Shown here: positions 36,334-46,762 of the stretch, one piece after another
Numbering within the stretch: position 1 is the stretch's first letter
Layout of the letters: every line of letters starts with the position of its first letter
DNA from: a virus
Virus record (IMG/VR): IMGVR_UViG_3300025104_000001
Coordinates: 26,768-90,767 of that record
DNA length: 64,000 nucleotides
Direction: 5' to 3' (one strand)
Translations under genes and position numbers: made by a program
Notes under the pieces: generated by a model
Told to the model about the DNA's origin: nothing
The model's database searches: none
What the model saw: the letters and a program-made list of their open reading frames with translations, nothing else

Positions 36334-37764
36334 TTAGCCCCCAATTTGTCCTGTTGATAGGTCCACGTATTCCTGTATGAAGTATATATTAGGGTTGCCG
36401 CCACCGTGGGTTATAGAAGCAACATCTTCTGGAGTTAAGAATATTCTTGTAATTTCTTCATATTTTTGAGAGTACCATATGTTTTTGTTTGCATTCTGAC
36501 TTATGCCGTAAACATCACTATCCGGAATACAATACACCGGAAATGATTCTGTTGTTTCTAATAATGAATAAACGTTAGATGACGCTTTAGGCCCATCCAA
36601 CATTGCATGATCTGCAATGTTCAAATAAGGCATCCTGTTATCAAAATGCGCTTGGAAAGGAATTATGTAATTTTCCTTTTCCAACATGGCTCTTGGACGA
36701 TTGCCGATTCCACTAGAATCTGCGTTCTTATACTCAACTTCAATGAAGAATTCATTTTCCTTTTTGCTAATGCAATGGATAGGAATTCTATATACTTCTG
36801 AATACTTGAATGGGTTTAGTAATAAATGAGGTTCTTGATTTCCACCAGGATAATCAACAATCCGCATTTTATCCAATGAGATATGGCCGCTTGGTGATTT
36901 AATCCAGACGCTAATTTTCACAATGTCTTTCAGGTCGTGGTCGAACGTGAAAGTCATATCAACCGTACCACGTCTCAATTCCTCATCTGTTAAGTTGAAA
37001 TCTGTAGTTGTCAAGAATACAGCATAACAAGGATCCTCAGGCACACTAGGTATGACCCATGACCTGTTATTAGACATTTCATATACTTGTCTAATGATGC
37101 TAGCTTTAGGATATCCGAAAATTACCCTGCCTCGCAAATGACTGATTGAATCAGTGAATTGCATGTTCTGGCCCAATTCAAACACTGTAGTGATAATAAC
37201 ACCACTTTGGCTTGAAATGGTCATGTTGCCGATATTGTTCACTGCAGCCATGACAATAGGTATCATTTCTGCATAACCCTGTGATGTTATCGGACTTCTA
37301 ATACGAGCATTTGACCTTCCCCAGTTACCACGGTCGATAACTGAAGAGCTTTCCATTGTAAAAACGTTGTCACCTGCTACACTAATGATAGTAGCGATTT
37401 TACCTACAAGAGTCAGCCCACCCGATAGCGTTGCAGAACCAGAAACTAACCAAGGTGAAGGCCAGTGAATTATCTCAGATAGAGACTCAAACCCACCTAA
37501 TTTCCAACCACTACTGACTAATACTGTTTCATTGGCCCGATCATCACAAACCAAATGGAAATACACTTGCCCGCCTGGAGGCGAAACATATCCTGTCGCG
37601 GGATTATCTAGGCGGAAATCGATGTTTGGGCTTGTCGGTATTAGATAACGACAAACGTAATTATACCAAGAGAAATCTGCAGACGTAGAATCAGGGTAGG
37701 TGTATTCATCGAAACCTACCCAGCTAAAATCTACTTGATTGTTTGGCGGATATTGATAACTCAT
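36334..37764 (-). CDS. Putative virion structural protein
   Basis: 476 aa; repeated Y..P....DF N-terminal motif; AATAAATA late-type promoter upstream. Confidence 0.6.
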   Translation of the reverse strand: MSYQYPPNNQVDFSWVGFDEYTYPDSTSADFSWYNYVCRYLIPTSPNIDFRLDNPATGYVSPPGGQVYFHLVCDDRANETVLVSSGWKLGGFESLSEIIHWPSPWLVSGSATLSGGLTLVGKIATIISVAGDNVFTMESSSVIDRGNWGRSNARIRSPITSQGYAEMIPIVMAAVNNIGNMTISSQSGVIITTVFELGQNMQFTDSISHLRGRVIFGYPKASIIRQVYEMSNNRSWVIPSVPEDPCYAVFLTTTDFNLTDEELRRGTVDMTFTFDHDLKDIVKISVWIKSPSGHISLDKMRIVDYPGGNQEPHLLLNPFKYSEVYRIPIHCISKKENEFFIEVEYKNADSSGIGNRPRAMLEKENYIIPFQAHFDNRMPYLNIADHAMLDGPKASSNVYSLLETTESFPVYCIPDSDVYGISQNANKNIWYSQKYEEITRIFLTPEDVASITHGGGNPNIYFIQEYVDLSTGQIGG

Positions 37765-37805
37765 TTAACCCAGATACCTGATTATAGGTATTTATTCTGG
37801 GTCAT

Positions 37806-38219
37806 TCATCCTCCTGGCATAGTCCACTGCAATGTAGTGAAGCGAATAGGACCGTTGATAACAATGTTCACTGTGTTCATTTGCAAATCACCGCCGCCAC
37901 CAACTTGGGTAATAGATGCGTCAGCAACTGCATTCCCTGTTGAATCATAGATTCGTGCCCAAACAGCAGTGCCTGTTGCATTTGCAAACGAATCTTCGGC
38001 AATTGGTCCAAATGTCAAAACACCGTTTGATGCTGTACCGCAAGGATAAGACAATGTGTGTTCTGAAAGAACGTTTTGTGAAGTGATAGGACTATCGGGG
38101 CCTGTAGGTTGAATTCCGTCATAAATCTTCAAAACCCCCGCAGCGCCGCCTGCATCAATTTTGTTGATTAGTGTTTGTGCTAGTTCTGTTCTAGCTGCCA
38201 ATGAAAGTTTGACTGCCAT
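37806..38219 (-). CDS. Putative virion structural protein
   Basis: LKIYDG..P..ATGTAVWARI, motif typical of tail-associated proteins. Confidence 0.6.
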   Translation of the reverse strand: MAVKLSLAARTELAQTLINKIDAGGAAGVLKIYDGIQPTGPDSPITSQNVLSEHTLSYPCGTASNGVLTFGPIAEDSFANATGTAVWARIYDSTGNAVADASITQVGGGGDLQMNTVNIVINGPIRFTTLQWTMPGG

Positions 38220-38221
38220 TT

Positions 38222-39445
38222 TTAGTAATTCCTTACAATGTTGACTCTTAGTTGTTTGTTCCAGATGTTTTGGTAGCTCAAAAGAATCGGACTACACTCG
38301 TGCACTTTGATGTTCAAATGGTTCTGATGAACACCTACGACCATACCAGCATTGGGTGCGTTTGTGATTCTATCAAACGGAGTACCATAGATGTGAATAT
38401 CATAATATTTCTCGTATCTGGTTCCTTTTGAAATCCAAAATCTAAATACACGGTCAATCTTCATATTACCCAGATCAATTACAACGTCTTTTTGATTCTT
38501 GGGAGTAAGCCAAGTTACCGTTGATTGATCTCCAGAAATTTGTTCCCACAAGTATGTATGTCCTGTGGCGATACCTCTTAGAACAGGTGTGAGTTCAACC
38601 GTTGTTAGACACAATGAAATTATTTCGTCTGGAACAACTGCTTTCAAGTCCCAAAGTAGAATCTCAAAGTCCCATTCAAAGGTTCTATCTAATTTGTCTG
38701 GGCCTTTATATACGGTTAGGGATCCACCCACTTCGCCAGGTTTTCTATAACCAGTAAAAACGTCACCACCAGATTCAGTAACGTTGGAATTTCGGGGTAT
38801 AGCAATAAATTTTCCATTTTGTGTCCTGTAGAAGAATTTTCTCTCGTCAGGCGTTTTCACACGTTCAGAAGGCAAGTAATAATCCATTACGTTGCCGTTC
38901 TTCAATGCAGCCAGAGATTTATTTAATTTGACAGAGCCCAAATCACCAAATAGGTTTGAAGGTGTATATTCACCTAATCTGGTTGTTTTATTGTGAACCC
39001 TTGTTGTAGGCACGGGAAGTGCAGGTGTTTCAACTTGAAACTTCTGAAAATCTTCCTCATAATTTGAATACTGATCATCATAAACCCATTTGCCATCAGG
39101 CGTTTTATCAGCCTTGCGTATTGTGCCGTCTTCAGTATAGATCGTACCGTCTTCAAACAAGACATAACCCTGAAATGGGGCTTTGGTTTGTTTGATTCTC
39201 AATTTCAAAGGGCCAAAATAATCATCAGGTGTGGTGTATTGAATATAGCCTTGATTAAAAGTCCAAGTTCCCTTTGAAAACGTTATTTCATAGGTGTCTC
39301 TAGGATTGTAATTAGCAATCTGAAAGATGTAGGAGGATTGAATCCTCAATACTTCGGGATGAATAAGAATGAGGTCATCGGGTTGAACGATTTTAGTCCG
39401 ATCAACCCAAAGATCCCTATCGAGCTTAATTGGCTTGTAGATCAT
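38222..39445 (-). CDS. Putative virion structural protein
   Basis: 407 aa in late operon; TYLWEQISG PKD-like motif. Confidence 0.55.
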   Translation of the reverse strand: MIYKPIKLDRDLWVDRTKIVQPDDLILIHPEVLRIQSSYIFQIANYNPRDTYEITFSKGTWTFNQGYIQYTTPDDYFGPLKLRIKQTKAPFQGYVLFEDGTIYTEDGTIRKADKTPDGKWVYDDQYSNYEEDFQKFQVETPALPVPTTRVHNKTTRLGEYTPSNLFGDLGSVKLNKSLAALKNGNVMDYYLPSERVKTPDERKFFYRTQNGKFIAIPRNSNVTESGGDVFTGYRKPGEVGGSLTVYKGPDKLDRTFEWDFEILLWDLKAVVPDEIISLCLTTVELTPVLRGIATGHTYLWEQISGDQSTVTWLTPKNQKDVVIDLGNMKIDRVFRFWISKGTRYEKYYDIHIYGTPFDRITNAPNAGMVVGVHQNHLNIKVHECSPILLSYQNIWNKQLRVNIVRNY

Positions 39446-39726
39446 CCGTTTGCAAATACGTTAGGAGAGCCTGTTGCAACAAAACTGCCGCAAGCAACGG
39501 GGTCTCCGATTCTTCCGACCTGAAGGTTGTTTGCAAAAACATTAGGAGAACCTGATGCAAGAACAGAGCCGTGACAGGAAACGCAACAATGGACAGCCCA
39601 AGCATCGCTTTGCCTATGGACGGGAATCATGTTTGCAAACACATTAGGAGAGGCCGTAACAGATGGTCTAGGGGCGAAACAGCCATGTCCGGTACAAAGA
39701 TCACCTAACCGAGTTACTGCCGGCAT
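39442..39726 (-). CDS. 5.4: PAAR spike-tip protein (gp5.4)
   Basis: AVTRLGD..TGH, GSPNVFAN repeats, RIGD..CG. Confidence 0.92.
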   Translation of the reverse strand: MPAVTRLGDLCTGHGCFAPRPSVTASPNVFANMIPVHRQSDAWAVHCCVSCHGSVLASGSPNVFANNLQVGRIGDPVACGSFVATGSPNVFANG

Positions 39727-39800
39727 GGCGAAACCTCCTTTGAAGACGACATATTTACGCTCCTCGAAAAATCTCGTTTAAGACCTAATTCCATTCCACC

Positions 39801-42491
39801 TTAGGTGTAAACCAAACCCATTGATTGATCTCTGAAACCCGAAAAGTAGGTCCTCAGATCGGGTGTTGATTTCTTCTGACCTCTATTGCCGTTAGGGTTG
39901 TATGAAATATGTATCACCGGATTTCTTCCATGATATTCGAGAATCATTTGGTCGAATGCTGGAAGGATCTTAGAGATTTCTTGAATACGGTGAACATATT
40001 GTTCTTTAGGCAATCCTGGGAATTGAATATCAACTGCCTGACCCTTAGGATGTTGAGAATTGCCGTTCGACCCCATATTTCGTAATCCTGATGTAATAAT
40101 GAATTCGTTTCCGTAGCGTGATCTAATTGGCTCTAGAACGTTTTTAGCCAAAGCGCTTAGGTTATCGAAAATCTCACATTTCGTTAGACCACCTTGCTCC
40201 TTCAATGAAACCTTAGAAAACACTGGGCTTGTGGTCAAATCTGCCAATTTGTAATTGGTGCTGATTTGATCGCTTCCTTTTGGATCATCGCCCGGGCACT
40301 TTGTTTCTTTCTTATCAGGCTCTGCCTTCTCTAGCTTCTCTATTTCAGGATCGGGTTCTGTCTGTGTTGATTTCATTGTGCCATCGGGTTGTCTGGCTGG
40401 GGGCGACGCCTGTGATGCCGGTGGAATAGCACCGCTAGCTTGGGCTGCTTGAATTGCCTCTGCCTCGGATTCAACACTTTGAACAGGAACTTCCTCATCA
40501 TCGTCATAAACTTCAACTGTAATTTTACCAACAGCATAATCTCCTGCGGAAATATTTTGAGGGAACCAAGAACAGTTCATCAGAATGTTACTTGCGCCTT
40601 CGTGCAAGTTACCACTTGAACCAACGTGCATATCGCCATTGGAAATGATGAACGCTTGACCTTCTGCACCGATGTGAAGGTTTGAACCTGTTTTGATTGT
40701 CATATCGCCATCTGATTCCATGTTTAGGACGCCTTTGGAATAGATGTTTGTGTCGCCCATCACCGTGATATTGCAGGTGCCACCCACGTAGATGTTTCTG
40801 TCAGCAACAGTGACTTCAAATTGATCCTTGACACTCTTATAAACAACCGTGCCGTCAGGATGGAATTCAACAAACGAACCCGCTCTATGATAAATGTGGA
40901 TACGTTCAGCATCGGGCGTGTCGTCGTATTCAACAGTGTGGCCCGACTCTGATTGATAAACGTGGTTCAAAGGATATTTTGCAGCGTAAGGTGATTTTGG
41001 TTCGTCCCATGAACCACCACCCGCTGTACCTACGCCTTTGATTAGAGTTTGTTCTTTTGCCTTAACAATCGTCTGATCGATTTTCTCGTTTCGTGCAAGT
41101 CTAGAAACGTCTTGTTCATTTATCCATTTCTTACGAGGATAGACTTCAAATGGGTCTTGGAATCCTGGCTTGTCGTTTTTCTCTATTGTCCGAGGTTCGG
41201 TTACACCGGATGCGGGAATCGGTTTTGGTTGGCCTGAAGTTGTGGATTCCCCCACTGGTTTTCCTAGGTTTGATTGTTGGGCTTGTTGTTTCTTCTTGAT
41301 TGCCTCAACGTCTTCCTTAGCTATCGGCCCGTCATCGCCGGCAAATTCAACTAGACGAGCCTTTTCACGTTCAGCTCTTTTCTTCACACCTTCCCTGATA
41401 TTTGGAGAGCTGCTCCTGAAGTCCTTATCTATGTTCTTGATCTTGTCATCTTGGACTGCCGCAACAATCTCAGCATCTGTCATTGATGATATGTCTTTGC
41501 CAGCTAATGCTCGTTTGATAACACGGCCACTACCATATTGGGTGGATGTAGAGAAAACCATTTCCTGAACAGCAGGGCCTCGGTTTGTCAAGTCGATGCC
41601 GTCTTTTCTCAAGATGTTCAGTGTTGGTGTATAGTTATTGTCTACAATAAACTGGCGTTGGGCGTCCTCGAACCCTTTGGGATCTCTAGCTGCAACCTCT
41701 TTCCATTTAGCATCGAAAGCGGGTGTGCCGGGAACTAATCCAGCAAAGTCTTGTTTGTACTTGGACCCGTCTATGAAACGCTTTACTGGAGAATTGTTTG
41801 CTCTACTGCTCTTTGGGCCATCTGCTCCCATGTATGATGCAAGCTGATACTTGCCGTATGATGCTCCACCTAGGTCGCCTGACGCTTTGCCTTTGTAATC
41901 GTTGATTGCATCAATTCGACCGTTAGATTCGAATTGGCTTGTTAGCTGACCAACCTTGTAATCAGCTTTCTTTTCCTTGGATGGTAAAGCAACTCCATCT
42001 ACCTGATTAAGGACGTTGCCTGTTCTAGTTTTTACGGGATTGCCTGAACCGTCCAAGACAACGTTGCCCGAACCGTCTTTCAGAATTCCGCCCGAAGAAT
42101 CGGTTTCGTCAGATTCTATCGATGTGAGGTCTTTGAGACCTTCATATCTTGTTCCGGCAGTTCCTGGGTATTGATCTGAGAATTTCTGTCCTTTTTCTTC
42201 TGGTATGCCAGCCAGAGTTCCCAACATGATTGGTTCTTGAAATGAACCTTCATCACGAAAAATACAAACAACCCAAGTTCCTTCAACCGGACCTGTAGGT
42301 GAGAACCCAATACCTGAAACCCCTGCAGACGTAATAGGCTGCAAAGGGAACGCCCATGGTAAATCTTTAGTAGGAAGCAAAACGGTATCCTCTGTATGAA
42401 TACCCATTATCCGAACCTTGCAGCGACCCAATTTCAAAGGGTCGGCTCGTGATTCTACAACACCATAATAGAATTTGTTTCCACTAATCAT
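39801..42491 (-). CDS. 5: Baseplate central spike gp5 with internal lysozyme-like domain and C-terminal M15 peptidase
   Basis: GVVESRADPLKLGRCKVR OB-fold; YPLNHV..SGH..EYDDTP beta-helix; FES..GGASYGKYQL; TSGLR..SQH..GQAVD..HISY. Confidence 0.9.
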   Translation of the reverse strand: MISGNKFYYGVVESRADPLKLGRCKVRIMGIHTEDTVLLPTKDLPWAFPLQPITSAGVSGIGFSPTGPVEGTWVVCIFRDEGSFQEPIMLGTLAGIPEEKGQKFSDQYPGTAGTRYEGLKDLTSIESDETDSSGGILKDGSGNVVLDGSGNPVKTRTGNVLNQVDGVALPSKEKKADYKVGQLTSQFESNGRIDAINDYKGKASGDLGGASYGKYQLASYMGADGPKSSRANNSPVKRFIDGSKYKQDFAGLVPGTPAFDAKWKEVAARDPKGFEDAQRQFIVDNNYTPTLNILRKDGIDLTNRGPAVQEMVFSTSTQYGSGRVIKRALAGKDISSMTDAEIVAAVQDDKIKNIDKDFRSSSPNIREGVKKRAEREKARLVEFAGDDGPIAKEDVEAIKKKQQAQQSNLGKPVGESTTSGQPKPIPASGVTEPRTIEKNDKPGFQDPFEVYPRKKWINEQDVSRLARNEKIDQTIVKAKEQTLIKGVGTAGGGSWDEPKSPYAAKYPLNHVYQSESGHTVEYDDTPDAERIHIYHRAGSFVEFHPDGTVVYKSVKDQFEVTVADRNIYVGGTCNITVMGDTNIYSKGVLNMESDGDMTIKTGSNLHIGAEGQAFIISNGDMHVGSSGNLHEGASNILMNCSWFPQNISAGDYAVGKITVEVYDDDEEVPVQSVESEAEAIQAAQASGAIPPASQASPPARQPDGTMKSTQTEPDPEIEKLEKAEPDKKETKCPGDDPKGSDQISTNYKLADLTTSPVFSKVSLKEQGGLTKCEIFDNLSALAKNVLEPIRSRYGNEFIITSGLRNMGSNGNSQHPKGQAVDIQFPGLPKEQYVHRIQEISKILPAFDQMILEYHGRNPVIHISYNPNGNRGQKKSTPDLRTYFSGFRDQSMGLVYT

Positions 42492-43726
42492 TAGCTTTTC
42501 CTCGAGTCTTTAACCGCTTCAACAGACATGTGAAAGTCTTGTGCTTTAAAAATGTAACGAATAGCCGTAACTAAATATTTTCCTGATAACAATTTATCTT
42601 CGGAGTTATCTTTGTTCTCCGTAGTAATCATTTTTGTCTGTAGGAACTTCATATCTATGACATCACCGACCTTCATCTTTCTATGACCGAAGGCCAAGAA
42701 ACGAATCTTCAGATTTGAAAATTGTCTCATTGCAGACAGCTTGGTTTGGATTGAATCGTAGTAATATGTTTGTGTGGCTGAATGAACGTTTCTAGTTTCT
42801 GGTTTGATGATAACTTCAGAGCCAAAAACATCTCGTCTTGATTTCAATGAGACACCAAAGCCGTTCTGATCTGCAACACCAATCAATGCATCATTCAATT
42901 TACCTTTATTGTCACTTTCAATCTCAAATCGCTTCTTGACATATTTCTTTCTGATCAAATCGTTTGTCCAAAGGGTTGTGTAGTTTTCCGTTACGCCCTT
43001 AATGGTGTCGCCCATGTTGACAATTTCATATTCTCGAATATTGGATGGGTCTTTCGCAGCAAAGCTTTTGCCTGCGGGTTCATATCGGTATTCAAAAACT
43101 GGACTTGCTGTAATCAATTTCTCTACACTTTTGAAATTGTAACCTTTCATCGTCTCGTAGAAAAGAAAATAACTTCCACCAGACTCTGCCGATATACTTC
43201 TACCAGCATACCAGTTAATACCCTCGAACGGAGTCCAACTAGGCATTACGAATTTAAATGAACCGCTTGTAGATTCAACTTCAAAAGGTTTTTCGCTTCC
43301 AATGTATTGGCTAAACAATTGCTTAACTGCTTCTGAATTGGTGCCTTCAATTGCGCTATACACCCTGGTGTGTTCATTCAGAACACTTTCAAACGAAATG
43401 AAATGTAGTTTGTAAACTTCAGATGTTGGGTTATTTTTCAAACGACTTGAAACAGAGTAAACATAAAACTCTTTGATTTCAACCTCATCGCTTCCAGGTT
43501 CGGCAAAAATTTCAATTGTCAATTTCTCGTTGCCTGTTAGGTTCATCAAATCGGATGCACCAACATTATCTACCATTAACAATTCGCCAGATAGGCTATT
43601 TGAAAACAAATCCTCGAAAATGCTAATTTCAGAAACAAAAGACGTGATGTTGAATTCTTTCCCGTCTTTGTTTTTCAGCTTAACTGATCTATATGTGCCT
43701 AGAAACGGAATTGTTAATTCAGACAT
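42491..43726 (-). CDS. Baseplate hub protein (gp27-like)
   Basis: IFEDLF..LSG, FLFYET..GYNFKS, LSGKYLVTAIRY; between gp53 and gp5. Confidence 0.7.
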   Translation of the reverse strand: MSELTIPFLGTYRSVKLKNKDGKEFNITSFVSEISIFEDLFSNSLSGELLMVDNVGASDLMNLTGNEKLTIEIFAEPGSDEVEIKEFYVYSVSSRLKNNPTSEVYKLHFISFESVLNEHTRVYSAIEGTNSEAVKQLFSQYIGSEKPFEVESTSGSFKFVMPSWTPFEGINWYAGRSISAESGGSYFLFYETMKGYNFKSVEKLITASPVFEYRYEPAGKSFAAKDPSNIREYEIVNMGDTIKGVTENYTTLWTNDLIRKKYVKKRFEIESDNKGKLNDALIGVADQNGFGVSLKSRRDVFGSEVIIKPETRNVHSATQTYYYDSIQTKLSAMRQFSNLKIRFLAFGHRKMKVGDVIDMKFLQTKMITTENKDNSEDKLLSGKYLVTAIRYIFKAQDFHMSVEAVKDSRKS

Positions 43727-44285
43727 TAGTGCCTCTCAATTTTTTCTCAACGTCAATTAAAAATGAAGGCATATATTCTTTTCTAATTGCTCTGATGATT
43801 CTCTTTGAATCGTTCACCGATTCCTCATGTTCGGCATTAGAAACAGGATAATATGTTGTGGGATCAATTATATCAAATTCAGGATCCGAATCTACTGTTC
43901 CGAAAGGGCGTTTATTGATCATTATCTGGTTCGCCCTCAAATCTGCCACTTGACCGTTTCTAACATAATGATGGGTGGCGCCTGGATTATCATATTTCTT
44001 CTTGATGAATACATCAATGCTTCTTGTGTCCATTAACCATTCATTAGGATCAACAATATCATTAACCAAATATAAAGTCCAGAATAAATCAGAACGACCA
44101 TACAATTTATGGGCAATAACGTCTGCTCTTTCTGCAGAGTTTAATGTCAAGGTCGTTAGAAACGTAGGGCTATCTCGTAGAGATTCTAATATTCTTAGCT
44201 TTATGAAAATATCTCTAAAGAAGAAATAATCATCGTCACCTTCAAACAAATAACTTTGTAATGGGAGCTTTCTAAACAATTTCAT
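43719..44285 (-). CDS. 53: Baseplate wedge gp53
   Basis: ERADVIAHKLYG..W..NDI.DP; E..ND.KR.I. Confidence 0.85.
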   Translation of the reverse strand: MKLFRKLPLQSYLFEGDDDYFFFRDIFIKLRILESLRDSPTFLTTLTLNSAERADVIAHKLYGRSDLFWTLYLVNDIVDPNEWLMDTRSIDVFIKKKYDNPGATHHYVRNGQVADLRANQIMINKRPFGTVDSDPEFDIIDPTTYYPVSNAEHEESVNDSKRIIRAIRKEYMPSFLIDVEKKLRGTNV

Positions 44286-45370
44286 CTAGCAACTCCTTCA
44301 AGGTTATTGTTATTTTTGAAACGATCTCTGTGTAGGAATTCCATTTCAGTAAATTGCATTGTGACTTCCCAAGCAACGGGCGCTCCGTTATAATTGGTCG
44401 CAACCCACTGGCCAGCGCCTGTGTAGTTGATAATCATATTGGTCAAGGCGCAAGTGGATGTTCGGTATAGCCATTTATTTTCTTGAGCACCATGCATGAA
44501 TGTTATATCGAACATCGCGGGGAACAAATAGAAGTTACCGCTTGTACTTTGGTCAAGCTCTGGATACATATATAGCTTCATTTTTTCCAAAAGGAAATGT
44601 AGCTTGATTGCCTCGGCTGCTGATTTAGGAATGAATTTCCATTGGAAGTTGAATGAACGATTATTGACACCATCAAACAAGAATTCGTTTCTAGGGTTAG
44701 GTGCTCTTTTTGTCAATAGCTTAAGGTTTGTTTTTGCGCCTTCCAAATCTATCTGCTCTAACAATCCAGCAATACCTGAAGCCGCACCCAATGACATTGC
44801 CTTTGCTGCCTTTGTAGCAGATTCAGAAACTGTTCCGGGGTTATTCAAAAATTCATCACCCATAGCAACCATAGCTGAAACCAAACCGCCTTCTGCTTTT
44901 GACCACATTGTTGAGTGATCGGTTACAATTGAATCGGGCATAGGCAATGCGATGATTTCGCTTAGCTTTTTCAAAACAGGAGAACCTGCAACGCTTGTGT
45001 TTCTCAATTGACCTTCAGGACCCATATTTTGAGCCATTCGAGGACCTTCACCTTCAACGAATGTGACTTCTTTGTCAGAGTCTCCTCTGACGCCCGAAAG
45101 CCCTTTACCGGTGTCAAGCATATAGACTTCAAATTTCACATAATAAGAATTAGCAGCAGAACCCAAATCATCAGGGAACCAAGCAGCCCCCTCCCAAGTG
45201 AAATTACTTTCGGTGCTTCCAGAATTGGGGTCTTCTGGAATTTGCGAAAAAATTTGCTCTGCGGGCTCTTGTGCAAGTTGACTTAATTCGCCAGTATTGA
45301 CGTTCAACGCCTCCCTAATATTGAAATCTCTGCCACCATCTATGATGCTTTGTGGATTGATAGTCGCCAT
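44282..45370 (-). CDS. 48: Baseplate tail-tube cap gp48
   Basis: IALPMP, NP..E.LFDG..RSFNFQWKFIPKS, CALT..INY, FTEME. Confidence 0.82.
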   Translation of the reverse strand: MATINPQSIIDGGRDFNIREALNVNTGELSQLAQEPAEQIFSQIPEDPNSGSTESNFTWEGAAWFPDDLGSAANSYYVKFEVYMLDTGKGLSGVRGDSDKEVTFVEGEGPRMAQNMGPEGQLRNTSVAGSPVLKKLSEIIALPMPDSIVTDHSTMWSKAEGGLVSAMVAMGDEFLNNPGTVSESATKAAKAMSLGAASGIAGLLEQIDLEGAKTNLKLLTKRAPNPRNEFLFDGVNNRSFNFQWKFIPKSAAEAIKLHFLLEKMKLYMYPELDQSTSGNFYLFPAMFDITFMHGAQENKWLYRTSTCALTNMIINYTGAGQWVATNYNGAPVAWEVTMQFTEMEFLHRDRFKNNNNLEGVAR

Positions 45371-45387
45371 TCTGGTGTTCTCTTTAG

Positions 45388-45395
45388 TATAAATA
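45388..45395 (+). promoter_or_regulatory. T4-type late promoter
   Basis: TATAAATA upstream of gp4. Confidence 0.75.
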
Positions 45396-45422
45396 TATTG
45401 ATGAAGTATTTATTGAGAATCC

Positions 45423-45878
45423 ATGGCGAGAGAACCCCAACAAGGTAGATACGTATTAAGGAACCCCCAGAAATATGAAGGTGACCCCACAAACGTCATT
45501 TTTCGTTCATCCTGGGAAAAGAGATTCATGATTTTCCTAGACAATCATGACTCCATTATATCATGGAGTTCTGAAGAAGTGGTGGTGCCTTACTTTTGGG
45601 AACTAGATGGGAAGATGCATCGTTACTATCCTGATTTCATAGTGACGATGAAAACCAAACAAGGTGTTGTGAAAATGATGATTGAGATCAAACCTTATTC
45701 CCAGACAATAGCACCTACAAAAAAAGGTCGAAAGAAAGAGAAAACCTTCTTGACGGAAGTCGAGACGTACACTAAGAACGTTGCAAAGTGGAAAGCTGCT
45801 GAACTGTATTGCAAGGAGAGGAATTGGTTGTTCCGAATCATTACGGAGAAGGAATTGTTCAAGGACAAGGTATGGTAA
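45423..45878 (+). CDS. 4: Head completion nuclease gp4
   Basis: NPQKYEGDP..FRSSWE, WSSEE, HRYYPDF, EIKP, AKWKAA. Confidence 0.92.
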   Translation: MAREPQQGRYVLRNPQKYEGDPTNVIFRSSWEKRFMIFLDNHDSIISWSSEEVVVPYFWELDGKMHRYYPDFIVTMKTKQGVVKMMIEIKPYSQTIAPTKKGRKKEKTFLTEVETYTKNVAKWKAAELYCKERNWLFRIITEKELFKDKVW

Positions 45879-45961
45879 TATATCATCCCACCCCATCCCC
45901 CATTGATAATCTGCTATAGTTCAAAGAAATCCGTTAAGAATCAACAAGTTAAACGAGATCG
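45876..45961. repeat. Dispersed ~86-bp intergenic repeat, copy 2
   Basis: Near-identical to 13075-13161; IHF-consensus site at 45939-45951. Confidence 0.85.
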
Positions 45962-45964
45962 GAA

Positions 45965-46723
45965 ATGATTGACGATTTTAAGGCTACGCTAGGCAAGCGA
46001 GGATTTGCAAAGCCAACAATGTTCAGGGTAGAGTTCACTAACATCCCTGATGTAATGAACAACACTCGAGGCACCAACGAGATTGTGAGAGACCTACACT
46101 TTTTTGCAGAGACCGCTGAATTCCCTGGCACCCAAATCCTGACACACGAGCTGCGCTACTATGACATGCCAGCTAAATTTGCATACGGCAAAGCGCATGA
46201 TGAATTGAACATCACCTTCAGACTAGATCGTGACTTCCAGGTGAAGAAATTGTTTGACGTCTGGGTAAATTCAATATATGATAGAGAAACAGGTAACATG
46301 AACTACAAGGTTGACTATTCTGGTAGCTTACAGATTTATCAGATTATGGAGAACGGTGTTTCAAGCTATGCTATTGAGTTAGAAGACGTATTTCCTACAC
46401 AAATCGGTCAGATTTCATTGGGTTGGGATCAAAGTGGATCCTATTCTCGTTTGCCCGTAACATTCACTTTCAAAAGAATGAGAACTGTTGCAAACAAGAC
46501 AATCTTCAGAAGACCAACCTTCGGTTCAGTTGCAGGAGGTTCAGGCGTGGGTTCAATTTCAAGCGGTTTGCTGAATGCTGAAAGAACAATTAATGAACCA
46601 TTGAGCAACATGAAATCTGAATTGGCCTCTATGCTTGATGATGGCTTGGGAGCATTTAGACAAATCTCAGTTATGGATAAAACACAACTGGGAGGATTGT
46701 TCGGCGGTTTCGATTTTGTTTAA
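45965..46723 (+). CDS. 54: Tail-tube-like baseplate protein (gp54-like)
   Basis: gp19-family fold motifs (FPG, F..W.N.I, VFPTQIG, VTF). Confidence 0.65.
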   Translation: MIDDFKATLGKRGFAKPTMFRVEFTNIPDVMNNTRGTNEIVRDLHFFAETAEFPGTQILTHELRYYDMPAKFAYGKAHDELNITFRLDRDFQVKKLFDVWVNSIYDRETGNMNYKVDYSGSLQIYQIMENGVSSYAIELEDVFPTQIGQISLGWDQSGSYSRLPVTFTFKRMRTVANKTIFRRPTFGSVAGGSGVGSISSGLLNAERTINEPLSNMKSELASMLDDGLGAFRQISVMDKTQLGGLFGGFDFV

Positions 46724-46762
46724 GATATAGATATATGAAGAACATTAGCTAAGAGGATTGCT

